From NCBI GenBank assembly GCA_013239625.1, contig MU054212.1, forward strand, positions 434,001 to 498,000: a stretch of DNA of 64,000 nt, given 5' to 3'. The notes under the pieces are model-generated. The model saw only the letters and a list, made by a program, of their open reading frames with translations, searched no databases and had not been told where the DNA came from. Shown piece after piece: positions 30,231-44,114 of this stretch; the stretch's first letter is position 1; each line of letters begins with the position of its first letter. The translations under genes were made by a program, and so were the position numbers. Source of the stretch: Lama guanicoe. Its lineage: Eukaryota.

Positions 30231-31143
30231 CAGTGATGTGCTGGTAAATGTTTAACAACTGGCTCTCCAACAAGAACAACAAAAAAAAAAACACCCGTGT
30301 ACAAATACTGGTACATAAGTTTACCATAGATTTTACTGATATAAAGGATACGAGTCACCCAATTTACTACTACTACCAGGAAAACATACACCACTTTAAA
30401 TTCCACATAGCAATTGATTTTCAAGGGATGATTTCACTGACTTTTGCTCAACTCTGGTGTCTGCAGCAATGTTACAGCCCTGCCATAAACGCTGGTTGAT
30501 ATGTTCATGTATTTTTAACAAGTAGGACAAAAGTGAAACAATAAAGACACTTTAGAGAACACCACTCATTCATTAATGATGTAAGCAACTTTTTTGATGA
30601 ATCAGATGATAGTTTTGGAACCCTGGAAGAATACTGCCTCAATTTCTTGTGTTATTCATGATGTAACAGCTACAGGACAACACACTATTAAGCTTAAGCC
30701 TACATTATTATTGTCTTCACTACGTTGTTACATTTAGACAATCAATAAAACAGTATTTTAAGCCTGGATTTGTAACATTTACTGATTTCCGTGATGTAAA
30801 CACTCCCACTGTGGCTGATTTCAATCGAACAATGTGAAGTCACTTGAAGGTGGAGCTGGGGAGAGCTATGTGGTGACAGCCACAGATGGTACAGTATTTC
30901 CACACAACAGACATAAGATCCATAGATAGACACATACACAGATAGTAAAATAAATTAGAACGTGATGAGTTTTCAGTATTGTGTTTTAAATATAATTTAT
31001 TTAGTTGTAAATATTTAATATGTAAATATAAATGTAAACTGTAAATATTTAGTAACATTTAATAAATAATTTTTACAATATCTGTGTTTAACAAAATTCC
31101 TGAAAATGTAGCAGTTGGTTCTCACAGGCCAGTACACACCAGG
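30231..31143 (-). mobile_element. MER63C/D-like hAT-Blackjack DNA transposon
   Basis: Terminus cagtgatgtgctggtaaatgtttaacaactggctctcc. Internal gtaaacactcccactgtggctgatttca. Opposite end ccagtacacaccagg. Confidence 0.8.
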
Positions 31144-31594
31144 CTTGGCCAAGTATGAAACACCTTGTTTCCTGATGGAAATCACAGAGCCATGGAACAG
31201 CTCCCCACCTCACCACATCCCAGGAAGCAGAGAAATCAGGGGTCCTGGCTGCACTGGAACTCACAACATCTCTCGATTTTTCTTCTTTCCCTGTTTTCTT
31301 TGTGTTCCCACGGATCTTGTTTTCCGGCGCAGCTCTCTCTGTACAGAATTTCTCACAGAACCCGTTTTCTTCTCCGTGTTTCCTCTGTGGCTCCCTTTGG
31401 ATTGTTGTCATCTGTTTGTTTCTATTCCCCTGTTTCTTTCACTCTCACTGCGGTCTTGGCTGTCCTCCACGTGTTCCCCTTTCTCTTTTTCCATCTGTCA
31501 GCACAGAACTTTTCAGTTGCCATTTTCCATGGTTTTGGCCAATCTTCCCTCTCTTCTTTTTCTAACATGGCAGGGGCTTCATTTAAAAGGAAGA

Positions 31595-31745
31595 GGGGGT
31601 GGTATAGCTCAGTGGCATCAGTGGTAGAGTGTACGCCTAGCATGCTTGAAGTCCTGGGTTCAATCCCCAATACCACCATCAAATAAAGAAATCTAATTAC
31701 CTCCCACTAAAATAAAAACAAAAACAAACAAACAAATAAATAAAT
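31595..31745 (+). mobile_element. vic-1-like SINE
   Basis: ggtatagctcagtgg...gggttcaatcccc followed by an A-rich tail. Confidence 0.85.
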
Positions 31746-32162
31746 AAAAGAGCGGGGCGCTCACAGGAATCCATGTCTGTCAGAGGACCATGAGCAGACT
31801 CAACCTTCTGGGTCATTTTCTTCCTAATTTTCTGATGCTCAATGCAGCATTTTAATGAACTCAACCATCAGAAGAGTAGGGGCAACTCTACAGGAGAGAT
31901 CTTAAGTGAGATCCTTGGGGTGGCTGCCCATTAAATGGGATTTCATTAGTGAGAAAAGCACAGCACAGGAGGAACTGGTGGAAAAAGTTAGTAAGCCCAA
32001 GGGAAGGTCAGTGAACCCCCACTGGCCCATGCACTCTGAGACTCTGACCCGATCTCTGCCCTATCCCAGTGTGTAACAGGAAGTCTTTAAAGTCTTCTTG
32101 GCCTCAATAGAGTTGAGGAAGGCCTGGGGGATGGGGGGATGGGGGGCAGGGAGACCAGCTCT

Positions 32163-32204
32163 CTCAGGTTGTCCCTACACCTACTCAGGTTGTCCCTACA
32201 CCTA
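32163..32204. repeat. 21-bp perfect tandem duplication (ctcaggttgtccctacaccta) x2
   Basis: Read directly from the sequence. Confidence 0.9.
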
Positions 32205-32414
32205 GACGTGCCCTGCTGTCATTTCTGCCCATTTTCACACACAGCGTTCTGTGCAGCTGCTACCTTCTCACAGAGCTGCAGGTGGGAAATGAGATGCAAT
32301 ACCTTGGCCCCCTATCTCCAGCGCCACCCTGGAATTTTTCTGTACCCCTCCCTGCACTGGGTTAAGCCCAGTTCACCTGCACTCTTTTCTCCTAGTCCCT
32401 CTCCTTCCAAAATC

Positions 32415-32573
32415 TTAACAGACTCTCTAGGAAAAAGCCCTGGTTTGTAGTGTTTGCCAGCTTCCATGGTGGACACACTTCTACCATGGCTGATTTCAAG
32501 CTACTGAACGTGGAGTTGAGGAAAGATTCTGGCTCTCAGGAGCAGGTACCGGCCCATGCAGGCACACCCCTGG
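32415..32573 (-). mobile_element. MER63A-like short hAT element
   Basis: aaaaagccctggtttgtagtgtttgcca...ccatggctgatttcaagctact...cacacccctgg. Confidence 0.7.
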
Positions 32574-33849
32574 ATGTTGAGGCCACTATGGACGGCCAAA
32601 GCCAAATTTTCAGAAGCTAAAATGCTTCTCTATCAAAAACCCAGCTCTTACAATGGAAGCCTTGGCTTTCAAGACTTCTCTCCTTGCTGTGCATCTATTT
32701 TATTTATTTTAGAACTCAGAACTAAGTAAGACTCTGTCTGTCAGCTCTCTCCTGAGGGTAATGCCTCCTATCCCTGTGTCCCCAGGAGTAGGAGAAGGCC
32801 AATGGGTACAAGAAGGCCTAGAGAAAAAGAAACCTCAATTATTATCTCAAAACATTACCCATCACCCACTTGCTTTCTTTTTAGTGTTTGAAATAGCAAC
32901 TGTACTGTTAATAAAAGCTACAATAAGAATCCTCTATCAAAGTTGGTATGAAATTAAAGTAAATGCCAGTTAATAGGCCCTCTCCGTGAGGGAGGGAGGG
33001 GAAATATAGGGACAGTCAGAGGAATAAAATTCCTAAAGCAGAGTTACCAAAAATGTGATACATTTTGTTCACATTTAGCAAATCAGTGGTTTCAGCACAT
33101 GCACTCACTAATTACAACTGTATGTCTAAAGTCATTTGACGCCGTCATAAGATTAAATGGGGGTTCTTGAAGGCAAGGCCCAGGTCCCGAGGGGCCCTCC
33201 CTACACATTCCCTACCAGGGGTTCTAACCTGTGTATAGTCAAAGCTCAGTCTTGTCCCCAGGCCCTCCCCTCTTCCCTGCCCCCCAAGACTTGAGGGCAG
33301 AGTTTTGTACACTCTTCCTCGGCCCTCACTTTCCAATCTGGCGGGAGACCCTGGCAGTGGGAGAGCTGGGGTGCAGATGCTCTGGTCCTTTGACACCTGA
33401 CCCTGAGGTACCTAAGATCCACCTGGAAAATGAAAAGTAAGAGAATCTTACCTATCAAGACCATCTTTTGATCGCTTGCCAATTATCTCCTTCCCCCTCC
33501 CTTCACTCTGACAGACAGTAGACTGTCTGAGACACCTCAAAGTGTCTTTCACTTTAAATAGTGAGAAATAATTAAAAGTGAGAAGTGACAAAGATGTCAG
33601 ATTTCAATTAACCTAATCGCTGATTTCTTTCGGAGCCTGGGGAGAACATGGCACCAAGCCCAGGGACTTCCCTACTAGTTGTGTGACTGCAAAAGTTGCT
33701 CAGCATCTCTCAGCTGTGGTTCCCTCATCTGTAAGTGGAAATAATGCTTACACTATCTAATCAGTGTGAGGAGTGACATTTTATGTAAAAGTGATTCGCA
33801 AACTAGAGGGTTTTGTTTTGTTTTTCGTTTTGGTACCCTTCAGTGGTTC

Positions 33850-34500
33850 CCCTCTTCAATGTCCTCTCTCTAGAAGTCGTCACTATTGGCAATGTAACGT
33901 ATATGCTTCCAGGATTTTCTTCAAGGAGTTGCCCATAGAAAAGACATCTACATGTATGGTATGTGTGCAGTAGCATAAGTAATGCATCCATTATTTCACT
34001 AACCAATATGGCTTACACAGTTTTTATGTCAGCATATATAGATCTACCTCATTTTAGAAAATTGCAATATGGTCTTCCATTAAAAGGGTACACAATTATT
34101 TATTCAGCCATTCCTCTTTTTATGGATATTTTGGTTGTTTTGACTTTTTCACTGTTACAAATAACTACAACCAAGAAGATCCTTGTACTTTGCTTCCTTT
34201 GGCACATGGTTTAAGTGTCTCTCTGGGGCAGCTATTACCAGTGAGACTTCGGGGTGATGGGTTATACATAATGACCCTTTAGGTGGCTGTACTTACACCC
34301 ATGTTCTCTCCAGCTGTGTATGAGGATACTCAGTGAATGTGAATTTCCTCCATTAAAGTGAGGCTGAGCACCACTTTATACAAATCTTGACCATTTTTAA
34401 TATTTCTTTTATGAATTACTGGTTTACATCCTTGGCCCATTTTTCAGTTAGATCTTTTTCTTTCTTTCTTTAAATTAAAAATGTGTTAATTCTAACCCTT
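33850..34500 (-). mobile_element. Old L1 (L1ME-like) fragment
   Basis: atggatattttggttgttt...gtgaggctgagca...ttggcccatttttc. Confidence 0.55.
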
Positions 34501-37500
34501 CATTTGTTGTTGCTTTCAAAACCAGAGTTCTATACAGACCATTGTTATCATTATTCAACATTGATTTCCTCAAAGACAGAGACACCTCTTATCTCTGGAA
34601 CCACAGCATCAGCACGTAGCCTCGCCCAGAATTGCCCTCCATGGATGTTAGTGGGTTGAATTATTGAAAGAGGCACTCCCTCCAGTGAGAAGTCACAGCA
34701 GTTTTTTGACAGTGATCATCTAAAATGGGAATTGGTTAAGCTGGTTTTGAAGTGTGAAACGACAAGGCAAGAACATGAAGTCACACAGAGATAGTCACTG
34801 CAGGAAGCAGCTACCACGCGGGGGCTGGGGTTAGTAGAACCTGGAGCCTGAGGAGGGGCCGGGCTGGGCTGGTGTCTCTGAAGTGGGTGTCAGGGTGGGA
34901 CACATGGCAACTGGAACTTCATGCTTCTGGAATCACTGTGGCAGCCAAGGTGAAGACTCACTGATGTGGTGACAGGCGGTACAGAAATGGGCACGTGCCT
35001 TCGCCCTCTCCTGCCCTCGAGCTGCCCTCTAGCGCCCCCACCCCGGCAGGGCCGAGTATAGCGGAGGTTGAGCTGACTAATAACTGGAACACCCTTCTCT
35101 AATTAATCAGGGGACTTTTGCCTATAGGTGAAGAAACCAAGGGCTACGCTTTGATGACTTCCTCCCTCTTTTACATTGCCTGAGAGTGAGCAGAGGAAAC
35201 AGGAATGTGGTAAATGAGCGTCACAACGGTCTGAGGGGCTCAGAGCCCTGCCTGGCTGAGGCCACCCCCATCCAGCACAGTCTGACCCTTCTGCAAAGTC
35301 CTGGAGCCGCCAGCAGGGAGTCACACGCATATCCACATGGAGAAATCCGCTCTCACACCTCTCACACCACGGGCCAGGGCAGGAGGAATGGGGAGAGCGC
35401 ACTGGCTCTGGCTGGGACCTCACACCCATGACACTGAGGGGAAGATGCAAAGAGGTCCTTCTTCCACAGCCCCTACCGCCGGCTGCAGGAGGCAGGAGCA
35501 CCCCGCACATCCTGCGGGTGATCTGACCTGGCTCCCAGGGCAAACGCCTGACACTTGCCTTAGTAGATTTAATGACAAGGAGAAATACAGCACTTCTGCT
35601 GACTTCTTACAAACCCTGCCCACCCCTTCTCCAAAGAAAACTGACTATGCTGAGGTTATAAGACTTCCTTGTCAGTAAGACTGATTAACTCCCTGGCTCA
35701 AACATGAAAAGATTTGTGTTTTCCTTTTTAAGTCAGAATCTAAATGAAACTGTTATTTCCTGCAAGCCTCTTGAGCTGACATTGAAAAGTTATCATCCAT
35801 CTATTGCACTGCTGCCAATAGGGGGTTGACAGAGGATGACATGGCTCAGGAGAGGAGGATGGATTTCTGCTACTCCATGAAGAGTAACCATTTTTACACA
35901 CTCAGCTCTGATTCCCCCCAGAGAGAGGAAAGCAAGAATAGATGGAGTAGAGGTTATACTAACTTCTCATCTTAGCTGCCACCCTTCCAAATGGTTTGCA
36001 TCTCTCTCTCAGCAGTGGTAGCACCATTCAGCACCATCAACAGAATCCACCCTGGGGACTCTAGTAAAGGAGGACAGTGCTACCTTCTGCTCCCACTCCC
36101 CTTCTTCTACCTCTTCTCAACAGGCTGCTTCCCCTCAGACCACCTGGGACTACGCTGTGCTTTCCTGCTGGCCCCTGGCTACCTGGCACCTTGAACCCCA
36201 CCCGGCCTACCTTGAGGTCAGGTCTTCTCTTCCCAGGCAGAGTTTTGTGCTCCAGACCATTCCCTCATTCCATCCTCCCATAAGGAGTTTCCTATTTCAG
36301 CCTACTAGGGCTCTGTATTTCCCAAGGGCTTGATTTGTTATCTTGAAAGATAGGGTGGAAGGGGGGCCCGCAATCCAATGCACAACAGAAATTCTTCAGA
36401 CCATGGGCATAACTTTATGTAAACTGTTAGCTACAGCAAATCCCACCAGGTTCTGTGGACATGACAAATCAGCACAGCCACTACGCCCTGAGCGCAAACA
36501 GTGAGTGGGTCACTGACGGGCACTGCGCAGCAGCAGCTGGGAGAGGCAGCACCTTCTCTCTTATCTACAGGCCCCATCAACCACAATGGAAGCTAAAGAG
36601 AGTCCACAGATGGGTAAATCAGCCATCTGCATGCAAAAGCAGGGCACTTCAGAGCTGTACACATCTGGCCAGAAGCTATGCCAAATGTAACCAGGGGACA
36701 AGAGCACCTCTCCGGCAGATGACAGACAGCAGTTTGGGCCCAGTGCATCCTGAGGACTGAAACTTTTTTTTAAATGACCTATTTTATCACATCATGACTG
36801 CCTGCCTATTAGAAGGATGATGCTCTGTGTGAATTCTAGACCTGGGAGAGGAAGCCAAAGAGTAACTACTGGTTGGTATTCATCCTGTGCTGCAAATATT
36901 GTCTGACAGGTCACTGGATAAAATAAAAGCCAACATGTACAGGCTATTTAATATATGTGCCAGGCCAGAGGTAAATAAGCTTTATGTCCATGCTCTCATT
37001 TAATCCTTACAAGTACATGATGACATAGGTTTAACCATCAATCTTTTGTGAGTTTGATTACTGGGAATCAGTTTCCAAAAACTGATTTGCTCTGGGGATC
37101 TGATGATACTGAGTATCTGAAGAACTTACAAAGCTAAGAGTTAGGAACATGGTAACTCCACCAACATACAGCTGCCCTGAGGGTACAAGGCTGAAACAGA
37201 TGGCTGGACTCTCTTAAATTTGATTACCTAAGAGATCATCTGTTCCAGCCCTTGGTTAACCCGGGCAGCTAATCAAAGTATGCTTTCCTCGCAAGATGCA
37301 AGGCTCCAAATGTGTAAAACCCAAATTAGAACAGAGACATGATATGGTGTTCAAACGAGCCAGTCTCTGCAGAAACTCAAACTGTTTCCATCATATATGT
37401 GTTACTTTCAAGGACTCATAAATAGAAGCAAGGATGCATTCCACTAGAGACAGATGACATATCTCAAACAGCTTGTAAGGGACAAAAGTGGGTGTGGGGT

Positions 37501-40084
37501 GGGGAATGCATTCACTGGCAAGGATTCTCACTACCCAGGAAAGGAGAGGAATCCCCACCCCCGCAAAAAAGGCATCTTGATGGAAGATTTGAAACTTGAA
37601 CCACTGATATTATAATCTAACTGCAAAGTATAAATATCTAAAAGGAGAGTTATAATCGTTCTAACATTATACAGCTTTCAGCCTAATTTCAGTCTGAGCT
37701 GATGACTTCCGAGCTTATTGCCTGTGGCGTGTGGAACACCCAATCCGCTGCTCTCACATAATCTAAACCAGGAGGGGCAGGAGTGCTGTTATTGCCCCAA
37801 GATTAAAGTGGATGGTGAAGTGGGTCTGGTTTGGTAATTAGACACTTTATTGTAGCTCCCAAAAAGTAAAGCTAGGCCCAGCAACTTTGATAGTAAAATA
37901 TTCCTACCTTCTTCCAAACACCGATATTGATCTAAGAGGTATATGCTTATGGTAACAGAAGTATAAAATACGAGGATTGAAGATAAAACTTGTAAACAGT
38001 ACATAACTTTGACCTGAAAGACAGGGAAATAGCCTCCAAATATACACATATGGATGAATGAATGGGGACCCCAGGATACTGCATCAACATGGATGTATTT
38101 TTTAAATATTCAATGTATACATATTTATATATTTAGTACATATATATTTTAAATACTCCTTTTTCTCCTTGAAGACCATGATCCTAGGGTCCCCATTCAT
38201 TCACACACACCCTCTTTCTCCTCAATCAGATAAGACTGTAAACAATAAGCATAGTATTTGTGGTATCTCAGTTTAAGGATGTGGGGAGTGGTACAAGTCT
38301 ATCTATTTCTAAGACTGTGTCTCCACACACAGGGACAGAACAGTTCCAACAACTCTTCCAACTGTCTCTTTCAATCAAACCAAGCATGGTGATCTGTCCA
38401 CACCCCAGCGTGATTAGAACATCTAATCCTTCCAGATCTCCATGACTGTGTGGACAGAAAACATCGATCAATCTGACCAAAAGGTACAGCCAGTGTAATT
38501 CTTGGAATTTTCCTATTGCAATTATTTTAAGAAGCAGTTTTAAAAGGAGGGCAATAACAAATTTAATGAAAGTTTGGGTGAGTCTGTGGACCAGTGAAAA
38601 CAATTTACAGGCATAGAATCTTTTTTTCTGATTATTAAAGTAATACAGCTCATTGCAGAAAATATAGCAAAGCATAAAGAAAAAAATATCACCAATAATC
38701 CTACTCCCGCCTTGGCTGTGAACAAACTTTCAACCTAAGAGTTAAAGCTAAATAAATCTTCCGGGATCAAGAAATGTCCTTAAGTGTTCTGGTGTTTGTC
38801 CTTCATTCCAAGAGTTTCTCATCCACAGGCCCAAAGTGCATGTTGACCCTTCCTAGGCCAGCCTTTGTCTTGGGCAAGATTGGGGGCCACTATAAAGTGA
38901 ATGTCCAGGGTCTCCAAGGAGGCTTCTGCCCCAGGTATACTGTTTTAATCTGCTCACCAGAACCTGAACTCAGGAAACAGCATTTGTTGTTCCACAGTGA
39001 ACCTGGCTAAGTGTGAATACCCATTGCCTTAGACTCATTCACACGAAAATGTAAATAAACTCTGTTAAATGTTTCTACAAGTAGAAAGGGGGACACCCCA
39101 GAATCCTAGGCATCTAAGTTAGGAAGCAGGGTACCATGCAAAACAGTCATCACTCAGGAATGAACTATTCTGATGTCAGGCAGCCCTTCTTGTTAGTGAC
39201 TCTTTCAAAGCCTAAATGGATCCTGTTGTAACCTGAAACATCGCTATTCTTTGAACAAAAGCCATCTAAGGGGGCTTGTCCTCCAGTGAATTGGTGCTAT
39301 GGTACCTCCATCACCTGGAAAAGCTGGCCATGCACACAAAAGTCAAGTCAGAGACATCATTTCTTTTCTACCTTCTTCTCCTTTGAAAACAGCTTCTTTG
39401 TCTCACATTTCCTAATTGTTCAAATCAATTTAAAATAGGAGGGAGCCCTATCAGGCCAAGCTGCCCAGTTTCACATGAGAATTTGTCATCTTTCCATAGC
39501 TCACAGTCTTCTCACAGTTTGTTTTAATGTTTGAATTAAACTTGGCTTTGGGGTCACTGAACCCCAAATTAATTAAATCCCTTAAGTTATCTTTGAGAAA
39601 GAGTCATCCTGTATATTTATTAAATAAAATTATCTAGTGTCTTCTTTCAGATTCTTTTACAATGAACAAATTCCCCTTGTTTCTTGGGAATTCTTTGACG
39701 TTCCAAAAACTTCTGGCACATTTTACATGAGACTTTTCTAGGTTCTTCTTCCTTAGAAACAGGAAGTTGACAAAAAGCCCCAAACATTTATTTTAGTTCC
39801 CAAAATTGGGATGAGAGATGTTCAATAGGTTTTAAAAATAGTAAAAGCCCTTCAACATGAATTTGGTCTTTATCAAAAGATTCAATGTATTTAAATTTTG
39901 TTTTAAATTTGACCAAAACCTGCCTGGTTAGGTTTGGAAACATCTTCACACTCAATATTCTTAGCCCTGCAAATATTATGCCTGGAAAATTGCCTTATTT
40001 CTGCTCTTTGATGGGATAAATGATTATAATAACACAAACACCCATGACAATAAAAACTCACTGTCAATGAACTATTCTATTCTG

Positions 40085-40205
40085 TTTTGGGGGGGTAATT
40101 AGATTTATTTATTTATTCTTAGAGAAAGTACTGGGGATTGAATCCAGGACCTCATGCATCTAAACACACATTCTACCACTTGAACTATATATACCCTCCA
40201 CACCC
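40085..40205 (-). mobile_element. vic-1-like SINE
   Basis: gtactggggattgaatccaggacctcatgcat...ctaccacttgaactata. Confidence 0.8.
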
Positions 40206-40221
40206 TTATTCTCTTTTATAA

Positions 40222-41310
40222 CAGGAATTGGTATATTATCATCCATGGGCCACATGCACCTCATTGCTTTTTTTTTAATTATTTGTTGAGGTGAAATCCA
40301 TATAACAGAAAATTAACTGTTTTAAAGGGAACAATTCAGGTAGGAGGGTACAGCTTAGTGGTAGAGTGTGTGCTTAGCATGCACAAGGTCCTAGGTTCAA
40401 TCCCCAGTACCTCCATTAATAAGTAAATAAATGTAACTACTTCCTGCTCCGAAGGAAACAAAGGGAACAATTTAGAGGTATTTAGAATATTCGCAGTGTT
40501 GTGCAACCACCACCTCTATCTAGTTCCAAGACATTTCCAACATTCCAAAGCAAAATTCTATACCCATTAAGCAATGTCTCCCCATTCCCTCCTCCCCCTA
40601 GCCCTTGGCAACCACCACTCTGTGTTCTGTCTTTATGGATTTATTTATTCAAGAGGTTTCATATACATGAAATCACACAATATGTAGCCCTTTGTGTCTG
40701 ACTTCATCCAGCATAATGGCTTGGAGGTTCATCCATATTGCAGCACGTGTCAGTGCTTCATTCCTCCTATGGCTGAATGACATTCTCTTGTATGTGCATA
40801 CAATGATTTGTTTATCCACTGATGGACATTTGGGCTATTTCCACCTTTTAGCTACTGTAAATAGTGCTGCTATGAACGTGTGTATATGTACTTGTTTGGG
40901 TCCCTGTTTTTAGTTATTTTGATCTATATACCTAGTTATATATCTAGAGGTAGAATTGCTGGGTCATATGGTAATTCAATGTTTAACTATTGGAGGAACT
41001 GTCAGATTGTTTTCCACAATGGCTACACCATTTTACTATTTTATTTATATACACCATTTTAGTCCTGCCAGAAATGTATGAGGATTCCAATTTCTTCACA
41101 TCCTTGCCAACACTTGTTTTCCTTTTTGTTTTTTATTGCAATAGCCATTCTAATGTCATCACTTGCTCTTGTGAATAAACTCTTATTGGTTCACAGCCAT
41201 GCCTATTCATCTACATGTCTACAGCTGCTTTTGTTACAATGGCAGACACTGTATGGCCCACAAACCTAAAAATATTTACTATCTAGCCCTCTGAAAGTCT
41301 GCTGAACTCA
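40222..41310. mobile_element. MER58A-like element split by an antisense L1MB-like insert (~40268-41155) that itself contains a SINE (~40342-40459)
   Basis: MER58 5' part at 40222-40267 and 3' part at 41160-41310. SINE TSD aaagggaacaatt(c/t)ag at 40324-40339 and 40460-40475. Confidence 0.75.
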
Positions 41311-42725
41311 AAAATAACGACAATAAAAAGTTAGCTGAACTCTATTTCAGAAGATTAGCCCTTGTTTCTTTGCCATTTTATTTCACAGCTCCCCAAAATA
41401 AGACCAAATAATATTGCTGTGACCTTGGGTGAGTTAGTTTATTTTTAGTCTTAAATTTCCTCATCTATAAAAAGATAGAGTAGGGACTAGTTAATTTCCA
41501 AGTTCTCTTTTGGAACTTTATAAGAATCCAAAAACTGTATTACCAAAATGGGTAATTTGCAGTTTATGCTTTCTTATGTAGTCTGTAACTTGCTCAGCTA
41601 CCTTCTAGCTTAATTTCATGGTTTCCTCTATTATCTCTTTGACCTATTCATTATACAAACAGGGAGTAGCAGCCAATGCCTAGCTCACATTGTTCTTTCT
41701 CTGCACCAAGCTGCAATGATTTGGTAGGACTGGCTAGAAAGGTAAGCACAAAGTATCAAGCGGAAATTCCTGGCTCCTCTAATAAGGAGAAAAGGAATCC
41801 TGTCAAAACCGAATGGCATCATTGATGATTTCTTAAACACACAGCTGCGCCCAATTTAAGACCAAGTCCTCTTTCTAACTAGCTCCTCAACCCAGTGAGG
41901 ATGGGGCAGGGAGAAAACAAAGAGGGAATGACGTTATTTAATAACATGTCACTAAAGGCGTGCCAACGTTGAACACTTCATATTAATAATCCATTCTCCG
42001 CATTATAAGGCCGGGAGGAGGACCGGGGCACTTAAGGCGCACGTGGATCTGAACATCTCTGCCAAGACTTTGGCATGGACAAGCCCCTCATTTTCAAAGC
42101 AGAGAAACAGAAATTAAGTGTTTGGCCAAACTCACCAGGTGAATTCGTTGCAGGACGTGGATGAGACCCAGGTGTCCTGATACCACCAATCCAGGGAAGG
42201 AGGAACCAGGGCAGCGTCTACTCAGGAGAGAAAAACAGGTGTTTTGACATGAGTGGTCCTAACCTGTCAGGGTGAAACGGACAGGGGGATGTCCTGCTGG
42301 TCTGACCAGAATCCACACCGCTGCCGTGGTCAGAAGGACCCACCTGTCCACAAGTCACTGGAAAACAGACCTGGGCGCTTCGTACCCTCGGGTCTCTAAG
42401 CTGACTGGAATGGAGCTGCACCAGGAACCCAGCCCCGTTTACTTATCATCTGGCTGGAGCTAGCCGGTGAACAAAAAACAAACACTCGGAAGAGGGCTCA
42501 GAAGGCTCGTGGCTCTCTCTCCACACAGGAGGAAGCTCAGGCGGTGCCGCGGCGCGGCCTGGGCTCACCCAGCCGACCCACTTCGGTCACTGCAGGCTCT
42601 GCCCTTGTATCCCCCAAGCCCTGCCGCTGGCGTCCAGAGTTGGCGTGGGGTGGCAAATACCTGATAGGAGGCTGTTATCACTACCTTGGAACATTCTCAA
42701 CCTCTTGTTCTGAAATCCCTCAAAG

Positions 42726-43281
42726 TGTCACCAGCAAAGCCCACTGGGGTCCCCAGGTGGTGGGGGAGTGGGGGTGTGGGAATAAGATGGAATCTAGGTG
42801 ATAAGGTCTAACCTGTTCCTTTGTGCTTCCTCCAGTTTCACTTGCTCACAAGTTGCCCCGTACACAGGCCTCCAACCCGGAACTTCAGACCAGAGGTCCT
42901 GGTGAGAGAACGCCAACACTTCAGCTCTGCGCCGTGTGCAGAAGGCTGCGCGCCCACCTCAATCCAAGATGGCGGCGAGGGGCTGTGCGCAGAGAGGCTG
43001 TGCCCGGCACCGCCTTCCAGAGCGTGAGCAGCGTAGCTGGGCCGGCCCCAAGAACCCCGCCCCCCCCCCAACCCCCCAATGAGAACCCCCCCCCAAATAA
43101 AGATCCCTATAAAGCAGCCCTGCCTGTGATCTGGGGCCAGCCTGTGCTCTAGCATGTAATCCTCAATGTCTCCATTCTTTGATCAAAGAATAAAGTTTTC
43201 CCTTGCTTCTGAACTGAACTCCGTCTGGTTATCTTGGCACAAAAGACACCGGGCAGAAGGACCCTTGGCTGGAGCCTGACA
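42726..43281 (+). mobile_element. ERV solo LTR (ERV1-like), CpG-rich
   Basis: Inverted termini tgtca...tgaca with flanks aaag/acag. CCAAT 43076-43080, TATAAA 43108-43113, AATAAA 43189-43194. Confidence 0.75.
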
Positions 43282-43329
43282 ACAGTAATAAACAGTAACT
43301 AGTCAGTAATAAAAGTTCCTTTCCCTCCC

Positions 43330-43510
43330 TAACTTCATTAAGGTATGATTGATAAATAAAAACCATATATATTCAGGTTGTATAATATGATTTTTCTTTT
43401 TTAGGTTGTACAATGTGAATTGCTATACTTATCCATTATGAAATAATTATCACAATCAAGTTCATTAATACATCCATCACCTCACATAGTTACCTTTTTT
43501 TTTTTTTAAG
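43330..43510 (-). mobile_element. L1 3' end fragment
   Basis: aaggtatgattga...tgtacaatgtg...catccatcacctcacatagttacc. Confidence 0.7.
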
Positions 43511-44114
43511 TTCATTTTTAAAATCCAGGCTCATTTGCTCTCTATTCCATGCAGTTTGAATCTCTTACTGGTCCCACATCGCTTCCTCCCCACACTTTCA
43601 CCTGTAGTGTGACTCTGTCCGCAGTTAAACATAAACTCCCCAAGGATAGCATCGTGCTTCATTCACCTCTGTATCCCTAGCGGCTTGTACAAAAATGCCT
43701 TTAACACCAACATCTATATCAACTGTGTCTTTGGCCTTAGGCAGGCATTACTGCTGTTGAGGTTAAGGGGGCAAAGGGAATGAAACAAACACTGAATACC
43801 TACCTTGGGCCAGCTGAGGGTCAGCCATGTATCTGCTAATTCTGCATGTGAAACAACCTCATATCAAGCCCACCCAGACCTGGCATTGATCATGGAAGCT
43901 GAGAGGGGGTGAAGAGGGGTGTTGGATGACGGTAGCAGCTGGAAAGGAGCGGAGTGCAGGAGCCAGTGATAAAGGGGCACCCAGGCAACACTTGGCAGAA
44001 TTACTGTACTCCTACTCCTGTCTGCTGTGCAGCAATCACCAAGCAGGAGCATGGTCTCACTCTGGCAGGACACCTTAGTGTCCTCTTCCTGGCTGACCCC
44101 TTGTGAGAAGCACT

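Noticed and set aside
31088..31686. Cluster of overlapping 87-173 aa ORFs
   Set aside because: Pyrimidine-rich, stop-poor sequence running into a SINE, with no recognisable protein or exon structure.
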